Part shown: one piece after another, positions 13,573-22,975 of the stretch
Layout: every line of letters begins with the position of its first letter
Position numbering within the stretch: the stretch's first letter is position 1
DNA from: Desulfomonilia bacterium
GTDB taxonomy: Bacteria; Desulfobacterota; Desulfomonilia; UBA1062
DNA length: 64,000 nt
Direction of reading: 5' to 3'
Assembly: GCA_050014195.1 (NCBI GenBank)
Contig: JBEKDT010000004.1
Location: forward strand, 128,001-192,000
Notes under the pieces: model-generated
Database searches by the model: none
The model's input: the letters and a program-made list of their open reading frames with translations, nothing else
What the model was told of the DNA's origin: nothing
Made by a program: the position numbers and the translations under genes

Positions 13573-15741
13573 ATGAAGAGGATATGGTTAATTGTATTCT
13601 GTGGGGTCAGTCTTCTCAACCTTGTTGTAATGCATATGGACTGCTTTTGTTACAATGTGAATGATCATGGGGAAATGTGTAATTTTGTATCAGATAACAC
13701 TGTTGATGGTTTTTCTTTTGACCAATACCTGAAACACAATCTCGGTTTTGACCTCGGCAAGGATCAGTATTTCACTGAAGCCCCGATCATGGCACTATTC
13801 TGGTTCGGCATCTTTGCAAAGGAACCGGTTAATGCAAAAGAGTGTCTTGCCCAGGGAGCGAGAGACGAAGACTCTCCAGTCATTCGTTGCAAAAACCATT
13901 TTCACGACCCCTCAATGACTTGGGATCTAGCTGGGTTAAATAGGGGTGAAGGCTTAGAGGGTGGTAAGTCATCGATACTCTGGGCACAGCTTGGGCAGGG
14001 AACACAGGATTATGGTGCGTATAGCTGGCATGATGCACGGCAATACTTTTACAAAGCGCTTACCACAACAGATCCTAATGAGAAAGGCATGAACCTTATG
14101 ATGACGTTTCAGGCAGTCGGTCACCTCATGCACCTGATTCAGGATGCCTCAGTGCCGGAACATGTGAGAGATAATTCTCATATCACAGGATATAATTACG
14201 AAAAATATGTGTCAGTATATTGCAATCCAAAATCTGATAAATACAATACCTTTCTGAATTGGCTAAACGATAATACAGGATACACCTTCAACGACTCTGC
14301 CTTCAATCTGCCGAGCAACAGCGAAGCCCCGATCCCCATTGCGCGGATCGTGGATACAGACAGATATGGCGGCACGAACCCCTCCATCACCATGGAGCAG
14401 CCCATCGGCATCTCGGAATATACAAATGCAAACTATTTCAGCAAGGACACGATCTTCACATTAGATAAATATCCTTTCCCCAATTGGGGAAGCGTGGATA
14501 CCGGTGCAGTGCTCATCCAGAACCCGAGGAATTCATCCGGAGAAATACACAGGCAATATCTTCTTAAAGTGCAGGACGGAGATTCAGGTTATCGCCTCTG
14601 CACGGCACCTCTGCTTGCCGGTCAGGTCCCTGACACGGCCGAGTATCTGGCCCCCATGCTGGATGACTCCGTATATGGAGACTATGCCGCGCGGCTGGTT
14701 CCCCGGGCCGTGTCTTATTCGGCCGGGCTGCTCAAGTATTTTTTCAGGGGTACCCTTGAGATCTCGCTGCCAGCGAGCGGTGTGTATGCATTCACTTCAA
14801 CTGAACCTGCAGACCCGAGGTCAAAGGGGTTCAACAAGGTGTCCCTGATGGTAAAAAACTCTTCGAGCTCAGGTGAGCCGATGAACGCAGGGGGGATCGA
14901 ACTGGTGGTCCAGTACCGGTTCCTGACGAACGACCAGAATGCCGATGACCCTCGTTCGGCGGCACTGGACCCCTTTGTCATGTACCCGGCATCGAACCTG
15001 CCTGCCCTCAGCAAACCCATATACCTTGTGAAGGCCTTGGATTCGAATAAAGATCATCGCATAACCACTGACCCGCAATTGCTTGAATTCAACCTCGATA
15101 ACGACGAGATCCCGCTCTGGGCAATAGATGTAAGACTGTATGTCGTGTACAAGGGCAAGCTCGGTACGACCGGCAGCGGGGGATATGAGGAAGATTCCGC
15201 GGTATGCGTAGGATACAAGAATATCAATGAACCTACTTCATTGGATATCATCAATGACACAGATACGGTCTGTAAAAATGATGAATGGTGTGAAGCATCC
15301 GATGTCGAGAATGTTAAACCCAAATATATTACGAGCTTCTATCTTCGATTCTCACCGGAAGCCCAACCCCAGGATGCATCCCCTGCAGAGGGAGAACATA
15401 TTTATGCGCTCAGCAATATTAACCCCGGGAAATACAAGAGAGTCTATCTGCTGAGCGATAATACGTACAGCGAGAGTGTCCATTATTCTTATCACTTTGC
15501 CGGAGAAAGCGATATGTATGAGGGTTCAAGCACCTATCAGAGGACAGCCATCAAGAATGGGATATATCGCGATGACATCAATGATACGGTGATAAGATAT
15601 TACCCCATATTCGATGATTTCAGAAATATTACTTATTGGAACATGTTCTACTTCCTCAATTTCGACATATGTACTTTGAGCTCATGCCCGGAAGGTTGTG
15701 ATAATGCCGATAATCCCTTTGATCTTGAATTGATGTTATAA
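13573..15741 (+). CDS. Secreted protein with Zn-dependent phospholipase C / P1-nuclease-like N-terminal domain
   Basis: Signal peptide, then YNVNDH, EDS, NHFHDP, GHLMHLIQDASVPEH, YEKY, matching the Zn-ligand spacing of the PLC/P1 fold; the C-terminal ~330 aa are unassigned. Confidence 0.65.
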   Translation: MKRIWLIVFCGVSLLNLVVMHMDCFCYNVNDHGEMCNFVSDNTVDGFSFDQYLKHNLGFDLGKDQYFTEAPIMALFWFGIFAKEPVNAKECLAQGARDEDSPVIRCKNHFHDPSMTWDLAGLNRGEGLEGGKSSILWAQLGQGTQDYGAYSWHDARQYFYKALTTTDPNEKGMNLMMTFQAVGHLMHLIQDASVPEHVRDNSHITGYNYEKYVSVYCNPKSDKYNTFLNWLNDNTGYTFNDSAFNLPSNSEAPIPIARIVDTDRYGGTNPSITMEQPIGISEYTNANYFSKDTIFTLDKYPFPNWGSVDTGAVLIQNPRNSSGEIHRQYLLKVQDGDSGYRLCTAPLLAGQVPDTAEYLAPMLDDSVYGDYAARLVPRAVSYSAGLLKYFFRGTLEISLPASGVYAFTSTEPADPRSKGFNKVSLMVKNSSSSGEPMNAGGIELVVQYRFLTNDQNADDPRSAALDPFVMYPASNLPALSKPIYLVKALDSNKDHRITTDPQLLEFNLDNDEIPLWAIDVRLYVVYKGKLGTTGSGGYEEDSAVCVGYKNINEPTSLDIINDTDTVCKNDEWCEASDVENVKPKYITSFYLRFSPEAQPQDASPAEGEHIYALSNINPGKYKRVYLLSDNTYSESVHYSYHFAGESDMYEGSSTYQRTAIKNGIYRDDINDTVIRYYPIFDDFRNITYWNMFYFLNFDICTLSSCPEGCDNADNPFDLELML

Positions 15742-15803
15742 CTGCAGGTTGGCCTGAATAATCGATTCACCTATCACCGGGTGGCACGGGCAAAGGCGCA
15801 GGC

Positions 15804-15913
15804 CCGGTTGCTCTCAATGAGTCTCAGGCCTGACAACAGACACATCCCCACATGGAATGAAAAGTGGGGGTAGTATAACATGGATGGCTCGTTTCGTGGG
15901 TGAGGAAATGTGG
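15804..15913 (-). repeat. Relic copy of recC 5' end and upstream promoter region
   Basis: 15804-15841 is identical to 6770-6807; similarity continues to 15913 (= 6880). Confidence 0.92.
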
Positions 15914-16018
15914 GAGATCATTCCAAAGTCGAGAATCCCATTTTCCTCTCCAAACCTCTGTTACTCACCTTGACACTGGTCACTGATGAAGGCATGATAT
16001 AATTATTGAGAGGTAAGT

Positions 16019-16228
16019 ATGAGAATATATACAGCGGTAATTGAAAAATGTAGCGATACAGGATTGTATGTCGGATACGTACCTGGTTTCGCCGGTGCCC
16101 ACTCTCAGGCTGAAAGTCTCGATGAGCTCAAGGACAATCTAAAGGAGGTCATCGAGATGTTGTTGGAAGAAGGAGAACCCGACCTTGAGGCCGAGTTTGT
16201 TGGAACCCAGACAATTCAAGTTGCCTGA
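16019..16228 (+). CDS. hicB: HicB-family antitoxin (short form)
   Basis: YTAVIEK..GLYVGYVPGFAGAHSQAESLDEL..NLKEVIEM. Confidence 0.9.
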   Translation: MRIYTAVIEKCSDTGLYVGYVPGFAGAHSQAESLDELKDNLKEVIEMLLEEGEPDLEAEFVGTQTIQVA

Positions 16229-16230
16229 TC

Positions 16231-16464
16231 ATGGTGAAGCCACCCATATTAAAACCCAAAGAGGTGGTGATTCTTCTTGAAAAAAAAGGTTTTACCGAAG
16301 TCCGCCAGAGAGGTTCACATAAACAATACCGCCACCCGGACGGCAGATACACAACTGTCCCCTTCCACCCCGGCCGTGATATTTCTCCTATACTGCTGAA
16401 ACAGATCGCCAAGGACATTGGGCTAACTGTCGAAGAATTGGTATCCTCCTCAGATTCGAAATAA
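16231..16464 (+). CDS. hicA: HicA-family mRNA interferase toxin
   Basis: GFTEVRQRGSHKQYRHPDGRYTTVPFH motif. Confidence 0.92.
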   Translation: MVKPPILKPKEVVILLEKKGFTEVRQRGSHKQYRHPDGRYTTVPFHPGRDISPILLKQIAKDIGLTVEELVSSSDSK

Positions 16465-16491
16465 TTTCTCCTCACAGGGTCTTTCAGCAGT

Positions 16492-16516
16492 GAATTAGGT
16501 ATTGTGTCCCCGGAAT
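16492..16516. repeat. REP-like motif E (inverted partner of 24493-24517)
   Basis: gaattaggtattgtgtccccggaat; its reverse complement matches 24493-24517 at 24/25 nt. Confidence 0.8.
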
Positions 16517-16535
16517 CGGCCCATTATGACTGTGG

Positions 16536-16564
16536 TTGACAGATATACAACATCCAGTTAATGT
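16536..16564 (+). promoter_or_regulatory. Candidate sigma70 promoter of the cyclase-rSAM pair
   Basis: TTGACA-17 nt-TAATGT. Confidence 0.45.
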
Positions 16565-16739
16565 CATTAATATCATATTGAGATCAGATCTTATTTCAAC
16601 ATGTACTGGGGCTAATATAACCATTGTATATTGGGAAGAGAATTGAAAAATTCAATGATCACCTCAAAGAATTTATTATGATGAGGGTTTATCCCAAGAA
16701 GAATGTGTCCATAACATAAAATGTTGAGGAGGATGTGGT

Positions 16740-17378
16740 ATGAAGAAATTTGATCCATTTGATTTTCCAGAGGAACAGATACCAAAACATTCTAAGGTTG
16801 TTAATGTGGTATGTTTTTTTGATGTAGTTGAATTTACAAAAGAGACTACTAATAAAGATATGCAAAATATCATAAGGAAAATTGAAGAAGATATGTCGGA
16901 TTTACTTTATAATGGTTTTAACTGGAATGAAAAAGGAAGAGATAAGTACGACGAGCCTATTCACAATGATCTTATTCTAATCCCAACTGGCGATGGTTAC
17001 GGTATAGGATTCAACCCCGGCCTCGACGATAAAAGAATATTAGATACAATAACTAGTATATATAAGCAGTTGCTCGCGGATAATGGTTTGAAAATCCGGA
17101 TGGGTGTAGCTAAGGGGCCCAATGTAAGACATATAGACAAGAACGATGTTGTTAATCTCTTCGGATATGGTATAAATTTAGCGGCCAGAGTTATAAATGT
17201 GGCAAAACCAAATCAAATTCTTTTACACTCTGTTTATGCTGAAGAACTTGGCCAGGCTACAAAGATGTCTGATCTATGCAAGATTGAAAAGCCTATGCCT
17301 AGCAAACACGGAGAAAGCATTATCGTCTATAATTATTATAGAAGTGGCGAGTTTGGCATCCCACATCCCAAACAATAA
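16740..17378 (+). CDS. Stand-alone class III adenylate/guanylate cyclase-like protein
   Basis: FFDVVEFT and PTGDG metal-binding aspartates, IRMGVAKGP, GYGINLAARV (N..R transition-state residues); GAGGAGG RBS; AT-rich. Confidence 0.82.
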   Translation: MKKFDPFDFPEEQIPKHSKVVNVVCFFDVVEFTKETTNKDMQNIIRKIEEDMSDLLYNGFNWNEKGRDKYDEPIHNDLILIPTGDGYGIGFNPGLDDKRILDTITSIYKQLLADNGLKIRMGVAKGPNVRHIDKNDVVNLFGYGINLAARVINVAKPNQILLHSVYAEELGQATKMSDLCKIEKPMPSKHGESIIVYNYYRSGEFGIPHPKQ

Positions 17379-17400
17379 TTAATAAATAACAATAAAAAAT

Positions 17401-18474
17401 ATGGAATACTATCTCTTTGTAACACATGCATGCAATATGAGATGCGCTTATTGCTCATCTCAAAGAGTATTATCTTCAAATAGCAATTCATTGTTAACCG
17501 ATGAAAAGGTAGATCAAGTTCTGGAATACATAAAAGAGAATCAAAATGGAGTTGAAGATACACTTGTTTTCTTTGGTGGTGAGCCATTATTAGAACATCA
17601 TTTGATCGAAGATATTATGAATAAGAGCAAAAACTTAAAACTAAAATATATGCTCTATTCTAATGGTTTATTAATTAACAAAGTTCCTCTTGCCCTTTTA
17701 AACTCACTCGACGCCATTTTTATATCTCTAGACGGAGATAAAACCGCGCATGATAAATATAGAGGGTTGGGAACATATGATAAGATAATTGATAACCTTA
17801 AGTACCTAAAAGCAAATGATGTTTCTTTTACAATTGGAAGGATCACTGTTGAAGAAGAGACAAATCTTTATGAATCTGTCACAAACATCTTACCACATGT
17901 CAATTCAGTATTTTGGCAAATCGTTAATAAACCAAATTTTACCAATCCAACCAAATTTATTAAAAATTATAAAGATGAACTAAATATTCTTTTTAAATAT
18001 TGGTTAGATAATTTTAGTAAAGGCAATTTAATTAATATAATCCCCTTCTTAGCCGTTGTTGATTATTTGGCATTTAACAACCGTAGGAGCCATTCATTTA
18101 GATGTGGGGCGGGTAGTAATTTTCAGGCAATTGATATTGATGGTAAAATATATTGGTGTGATGAGTATGTTGGTGATCCAGCTGGCGTAATAGGCAATAT
18201 TAAAAACCATAAAAATAACAATCATTACATATGCCACAGGGATATCTTTGAGAATTGCAAAACTTGTGATTTGGGGGATATTTGTTTGGGTAGATGTAGA
18301 AAATGTCTAACTGACTATAAAGCCGAGCACGTAGCAATGTATTGCGAGTTAACAAAGCATCTTATTAATTTAATTAAAGATAATTTAACAGAAGTTAATC
18401 AAATAATTACTAATTATAATTATAACAGCAATACTTTTTACAATATTACTCATTGCACGGAAGAAATTCCTTAA
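17401..18474 (+). CDS. Radical SAM/SPASM protein (AF0577-family-like)
   Basis: CNMRCAYC, FFGGEPLL, ISLDG, SPASM cysteines CGAG..C..CKTC..C.GRC, C-terminal EEIP; very AT-rich. Confidence 0.85.
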   Translation: MEYYLFVTHACNMRCAYCSSQRVLSSNSNSLLTDEKVDQVLEYIKENQNGVEDTLVFFGGEPLLEHHLIEDIMNKSKNLKLKYMLYSNGLLINKVPLALLNSLDAIFISLDGDKTAHDKYRGLGTYDKIIDNLKYLKANDVSFTIGRITVEEETNLYESVTNILPHVNSVFWQIVNKPNFTNPTKFIKNYKDELNILFKYWLDNFSKGNLINIIPFLAVVDYLAFNNRRSHSFRCGAGSNFQAIDIDGKIYWCDEYVGDPAGVIGNIKNHKNNNHYICHRDIFENCKTCDLGDICLGRCRKCLTDYKAEHVAMYCELTKHLINLIKDNLTEVNQIITNYNYNSNTFYNITHCTEEIP

Positions 18475-18540
18475 TCTTTTAAATCGCTTATAGTCCCTAT
18501 AAGCCTACACCCTAAACCCACCGTTTATCTCATCCGCGAA

Positions 18541-18602
18541 AAAGATGGGGTCAGAGTCCATTTTCTTCTTTAGAAAAATAAATCGTTTCTGACCCTATTT
18601 TT
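18541..18602. repeat. REP-like palindrome family C (GGGGTCAGA...TCTGACCC)
   Basis: Inverted arms; relatives at 25257-25282 (half), 28614-28660 and 43441-43490. Confidence 0.8.
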
Positions 18603-18603
18603 C

Positions 18604-18749
18604 CGGCTCTGCACTACAATGACCTCGGGGGTGAGCGGCGAGGAGAGCTGCTCGGACAAGGACGCAGCAAGTGCCTGTGAAAGTACCTCGAGCCGGTTGC
18701 TCTCAATGAGTCTCAGGCCTGGCAACAGACGCCTCCGTGCATGGAATTA
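18604..18749 (-). pseudogene. Diverged recC 5' fragment (41 codons + RBS)
   Basis: 134/146 nt identical to 6681-6826; reads MPGLRLIESNRLEVLSQALAASLSEQLSSPLTPEVIVVQSR, then runs into palindrome C. Confidence 0.93.
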
Positions 18750-19625
18750 CTTTTGCCAGAACCTTTTTATGATTATCTGCCGGGCATAATCTGCAGATTT
18801 TGGTTTGGCAGGGAACAGGCCCAAGACATTTGTTGGGACACCCTCAGGAAATCTATTAAGAATACAAGCGCCACTGGTACCACACCTCTCAAGCACATTT
18901 GTCCAGACACCCTTGGGTGACATTCGCAATGGTTCAACCCATTTTAATGAAGCGCTTTGCCAATTACTCTTGAACTGGGGATCCCATAAATTATTGTCTT
19001 CGAATAACAATTGTCCAGTCTTGGGATTCACAAATGCAAACTTCGAAGTACCATGTGTTGATGAGTGATAAACCCCGAGAACCGCAACTACACAAATGTT
19101 GTTGTTAGTAAAACTTAAATCACTGAGGATCTTATAAGCATATATCTGGTAGTCGAAAAGCTCCTCAGGTTTACCTGTAAGTAAGGAGAACTCATTTCGA
19201 TTAGTACCCTTAAATGACAATTCGAAAATAAATGGTTGATTAGGATCTTTGGTTAGGATGTCTAGTGATACAACCCCTTTACCTATTTCAATACCATTTG
19301 TCTGAATCAAGATAGGGACTTTGTATGGCTGATATGCTTCACTTAAACCGTTTAGAACATCAATTAAGCTCGACCACTGGAGTGTAGGTTCACCGCCAGT
19401 GAAACGGATGAAAGCCTTACCTTTGTCGTATAGAATACTTCGTGTCCCATCTATTATTTCTTTTGAAGATAATACATGCGAAGGATCATCTGTCTCCATT
19501 GGCCTAGATGCTGGACTCCAGCAAAAGTGGCAACTGAGATTACATCCCGAAAAATCCCACCGGATTTCCTGATACTCTCCATAGAAGAAACTTCCGGGTG
19601 AGTACTTCTTTCTTATCCTGAGCAT
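18747..19625 (-). CDS. Radical SAM protein (COG5014-like, no SPASM)
   Basis: FYG....GCNLSCHFCWS, RFTGGEPTL, IQTNGI; last gene of the MTase-HerA-NurA operon. Confidence 0.8.
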   Translation of the reverse strand: MLRIRKKYSPGSFFYGEYQEIRWDFSGCNLSCHFCWSPASRPMETDDPSHVLSSKEIIDGTRSILYDKGKAFIRFTGGEPTLQWSSLIDVLNGLSEAYQPYKVPILIQTNGIEIGKGVVSLDILTKDPNQPFIFELSFKGTNRNEFSLLTGKPEELFDYQIYAYKILSDLSFTNNNICVVAVLGVYHSSTHGTSKFAFVNPKTGQLLFEDNNLWDPQFKSNWQSASLKWVEPLRMSPKGVWTNVLERCGTSGACILNRFPEGVPTNVLGLFPAKPKSADYARQIIIKRFWQK

Positions 19626-19736
19626 CCTTTGGATACCTCTTTTTAAAAAGTACTTTATTGTATGGTTAAGGTCTCATTTACTATTTCAGTAGATTCTCTT
19701 TGGCAAAGGTTTGTAAAATTTTTTGGCTAGGAAAAT

Positions 19737-21029
19737 CTAAACTGATACCAACTTGTTTGCTAGAGCAACTGGAATAAGAGAGTTATCATACATGTTACAC
19801 CTGAGTTCAGCGATTAGAGAGAGGATCTCCTCCAAGTGTGGTATGTCTGCTGATCTTGGTTCTGCAAGATAAGAGGTTGCAGGAACAGTTAAAACGTGCA
19901 TTTCTCCACCAGAAGCTCGGTAAAATATTTTCTGGCCGTAATAGGTGTTCTGGCCATAAGATACCCCAGCTTCACCCGGTATGATATACTTACGAATATA
20001 TGAGTCTCCAACTATGAAATATGATCCCTGTTCCATACAATCCTGGATAGCTGCTGCATGCTCGACGAATGCGCCGCTCTTTTCAAGACCTGCTAAACGA
20101 ACTGTTGGACCAGTAGGTCCTCCAGGCTGGCTTAGCAAGTGTGAAATAAGCTCTCTCATAGGTTTGTAAAGGGGCGCCACTAGACCGAAAAAGGCGAGAG
20201 GACCATCTTTGATGAAGAGTATGTTTCGCATTAGGCTTGGCTTGAGGTGTTCAAGAATGTCATGGAATAGATGTACTAAGATGAGCTGCTCAAGCATTGT
20301 CATTAAATAAGAAATTATTCCACCTGCTCCGAGTTCTTCGTCAATGCGCTCATGTAATCTAAAAGTGTCTGTCAGGTATATTGGTTGATTGCATCCAGGG
20401 CATTTTTTATTAGTTGGATCACCATACTTAAAAGTAATATTGTCATGACCACAATTGTATGGGCAGTGAGCTATTGTTTCTTCATAGTTATTGTCTTGTT
20501 TACGCATCCAGCGACGGAAGAGAAACCATTGAAGACTGTCGATAAGCTTTTCACCTTCACCATGTTCCTTAATAAAAAAATCATATATGGTTCGCCGGAT
20601 TGTTGCAGACAGGGACGTTTGATCTTTATGACGAATACCCTTTGTTGGTATAACAAGTGAGTAGCGCTCTATCTTCTTTAGCCGTGCTAGATCTTCTGGG
20701 GCAATAAACCTTTTGCAATCAAGGGATCGTAGGTCTGAAAGCTCAAATAGTAATGGACCGAATGTAAAGAATGTAATCGAAGCTGAAGGATACTCTTCAC
20801 GCACAAAGGTTTCAGTAAAACCACCATCAATTGCAATTACTGCTGAGACTTCAGAAGTATCTACATTGTCAAGAATGGTCAGATAAGGCTCTAAAAACAG
20901 AGAGTCAGGTGCTGAAGGAATGATGCATTGATCAATATAAGCCTGAACATTAGGATTCTTGATTATTTCAACATGAGCGATCTTACTTGCTCGTTCAATT
21001 GGTTTACGGCCCTTTGATGAATATCCCAC
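19737..21029 (-). CDS. nurA: NurA-family nuclease (C-terminus probably frameshifted)
   Basis: AIDGG, IKDGPL, GLEKSG, IPVALANKLVS motifs; CPYNC/CPGC Zn ribbon; directly downstream of HerA. Confidence 0.8.
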   Translation of the reverse strand: MGYSSKGRKPIERASKIAHVEIIKNPNVQAYIDQCIIPSAPDSLFLEPYLTILDNVDTSEVSAVIAIDGGFTETFVREEYPSASITFFTFGPLLFELSDLRSLDCKRFIAPEDLARLKKIERYSLVIPTKGIRHKDQTSLSATIRRTIYDFFIKEHGEGEKLIDSLQWFLFRRWMRKQDNNYEETIAHCPYNCGHDNITFKYGDPTNKKCPGCNQPIYLTDTFRLHERIDEELGAGGIISYLMTMLEQLILVHLFHDILEHLKPSLMRNILFIKDGPLAFFGLVAPLYKPMRELISHLLSQPGGPTGPTVRLAGLEKSGAFVEHAAAIQDCMEQGSYFIVGDSYIRKYIIPGEAGVSYGQNTYYGQKIFYRASGGEMHVLTVPATSYLAEPRSADIPHLEEILSLIAELRCNMYDNSLIPVALANKLVSV

Positions 21030-21031
21030 CT

Positions 21032-22960
21032 TTATTGCCCCTTCAACACTGTGAATCGATCAATTTGAACAGGTACAATGAAGGCATTGGAATATGTCTT
21101 CATACGAATAAAGCCTTTGTCTGTTGTTCTTCGTAAGCTATCAACAAAGTCTTCATAATCGTAATACTTGGCTATCTCTCTTAATTCATCTCTGTTGTTT
21201 AGGTGTGAGACAAACCAGTTCTGGGTGTTCTTTAGCACGTTGGCCGAAATAGAACTTACCTCTTGCGTTGCATAGATCAATCCCAACCTGAGTTTAGCAC
21301 CTTCCTTTGCAATCCTGTTGTATATCAATGTTAAGTCAGCCTCATTCTTTTTAGGAAACAGGTTATGTGCTTCTTCGAAGTACATCTGAATGAAGTTAGC
21401 TGGTTCGTTGTTGATGAATCTTTTCATAGCATCACTGAAGATAGCTCCACATAGGCGATCAGAATACGTTCTCTGAATTTTAGGATCACCTTGCGACAGA
21501 TCAATAATTACAACCTTCCCTTCACGTAATAAATCAACTACCTCCTCTTCATAAGACTTCTGGAGTGTTGAGGTGTGAAGGTTGCGGATAGGTATTAGTT
21601 TTCGAAATCCAGCCTCACTTGCTTGATGTCCAGGAGAAGGTTTTCTTGTAAGGAACCTCATCAAGCTCTGCAAGTCATCATCAGCCCATTCGTGATTGTG
21701 ACTCGTTCGATAATTGCTGAAATATTGGTCGGTATTGTAATTATCCCAAACCCAGGTAAACCAACGTATAGTCTCGTCAACAGTAAGACCATCTTTCGGA
21801 TTCAATCCAACAGCATTGTTGATATGCTCCGTTCCAACAAATTTAATCTTATGTTTTTGAGGAATAGTGAAACCAGCATTGCCAAGTATAGCTTGGTAGC
21901 AGGCTTTACGCCTTCCATACCTTGTTGTTGCACTTACATCCTGTGAATCAGGTTCCTCCCAATTAACATTCAGGAAGGCTTGGGTATAAATTGCCCTGTC
22001 ATCTTGTAGGTTGGCCCTGATCATCTCAAAGCCTTCAAGAAGCTGCTTATAGAAATTGAGCTTCATTACTTTAAAGCCTGGTTTCTCGAGTATGCTGTAT
22101 CTAGTTACATCATCTTTGTAGAGGTTATAAATGGCGGTACCTTCATCTTGCTGATTGTCATTTGCGTACTCACCATTAACATCAAAGATGATCTGACCTA
22201 TCGGCCCAACTGTTTCTGTATCTAACATTTTCTCTAATGTAGTGATTTCAGCTGTGGCCTTGATTACCATCTTCACTGTATTGGATTTACCAGTACGTGT
22301 CATTCCAAATAGAGCTGTTCGTTTTCCTAGGTAGTCAAGTGCAGAAACATAAACTGGCACTGATGGTCCCTGGGTATGACGCTGACTAGATGCATATCGT
22401 ACCTCACCAATCCTCTGATCACCTGGTCCGCCTGGTAAACCAGCACCTTCTCTGAAGTTTACAATATATTCAAGCACTTTCCCAACTGGCTTATAGATCG
22501 AGTAGTTATTCGGACCATAAAAATTATCTACATCTGCACCAAAGCATGTCTTGCCGTCAGATATACGGTAGAAAGATCCTAGAACACGACATTCAAGGCC
22601 TGAAAACTGGAACTCATACCTAGTGTAGCTATCAAGTTGATTAATCGAAGATTCACTCTCTGCACGTTCTTTGTAGTGATCGACCATGGCAGCTACAACA
22701 TCTGAGTCAGAAGGAAGTGTTGTTGGGCCTAATACACGTAGAAGAATCAGTTCAGGATTCTCCTTATCATTATCAAATATGGCTGTGAGAAAAGAACCTG
22801 CCGGAATACCCCCAATCTTCTCTTTCCAATAATCATTTGATAGCACCTTCATTGTGTTAAAGTCGAAGTAAAAGGGGCGGCCAACAAAAGCCTCAGGCTT
22901 GGCTACATCATTGAATAAATCAACAGTTGCAAGCTCCTTTAGTCTTTCCTGAAGTGACAT
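21032..22960 (-). CDS. herA: HerA/FtsK-family ATPase (DUF87)
   Basis: Walker A GMTRTGKS, IIFDVNGEY, Walker B YFEEAH, RIAKEGAK, ATQ. Confidence 0.88.
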   Translation of the reverse strand: MSLQERLKELATVDLFNDVAKPEAFVGRPFYFDFNTMKVLSNDYWKEKIGGIPAGSFLTAIFDNDKENPELILLRVLGPTTLPSDSDVVAAMVDHYKERAESESSINQLDSYTRYEFQFSGLECRVLGSFYRISDGKTCFGADVDNFYGPNNYSIYKPVGKVLEYIVNFREGAGLPGGPGDQRIGEVRYASSQRHTQGPSVPVYVSALDYLGKRTALFGMTRTGKSNTVKMVIKATAEITTLEKMLDTETVGPIGQIIFDVNGEYANDNQQDEGTAIYNLYKDDVTRYSILEKPGFKVMKLNFYKQLLEGFEMIRANLQDDRAIYTQAFLNVNWEEPDSQDVSATTRYGRRKACYQAILGNAGFTIPQKHKIKFVGTEHINNAVGLNPKDGLTVDETIRWFTWVWDNYNTDQYFSNYRTSHNHEWADDDLQSLMRFLTRKPSPGHQASEAGFRKLIPIRNLHTSTLQKSYEEEVVDLLREGKVVIIDLSQGDPKIQRTYSDRLCGAIFSDAMKRFINNEPANFIQMYFEEAHNLFPKKNEADLTLIYNRIAKEGAKLRLGLIYATQEVSSISANVLKNTQNWFVSHLNNRDELREIAKYYDYEDFVDSLRRTTDKGFIRMKTYSNAFIVPVQIDRFTVLKGQ

Positions 22961-22975
22961 ATACTTTCATACCTC

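Noticed and set aside
16565-16739. Possible RiPP precursor peptide upstream of the cyclase/SPASM rSAM
   Set aside because: Only short frames without a convincing start or RBS; none found.
16740-17378. Calling the cyclase a Pycsar system
   Set aside because: No adjacent TM or TIR effector with a cyclic-nucleotide-binding domain.
6681-18749. recC repeats as CRISPR repeats, attC sites or a simple target-site duplication
   Set aside because: Only three copies, kilobases apart, of unequal extent and diverged; no cas or intI gene; no attC R/L box structure seen.
18747-19625. Prokaryotic viperin or QueE call for the rSAM
   Set aside because: It shares only the generic CxxxCxxC/GGEP motifs; I cannot see family-specific motifs and no que/dpd genes are nearby.
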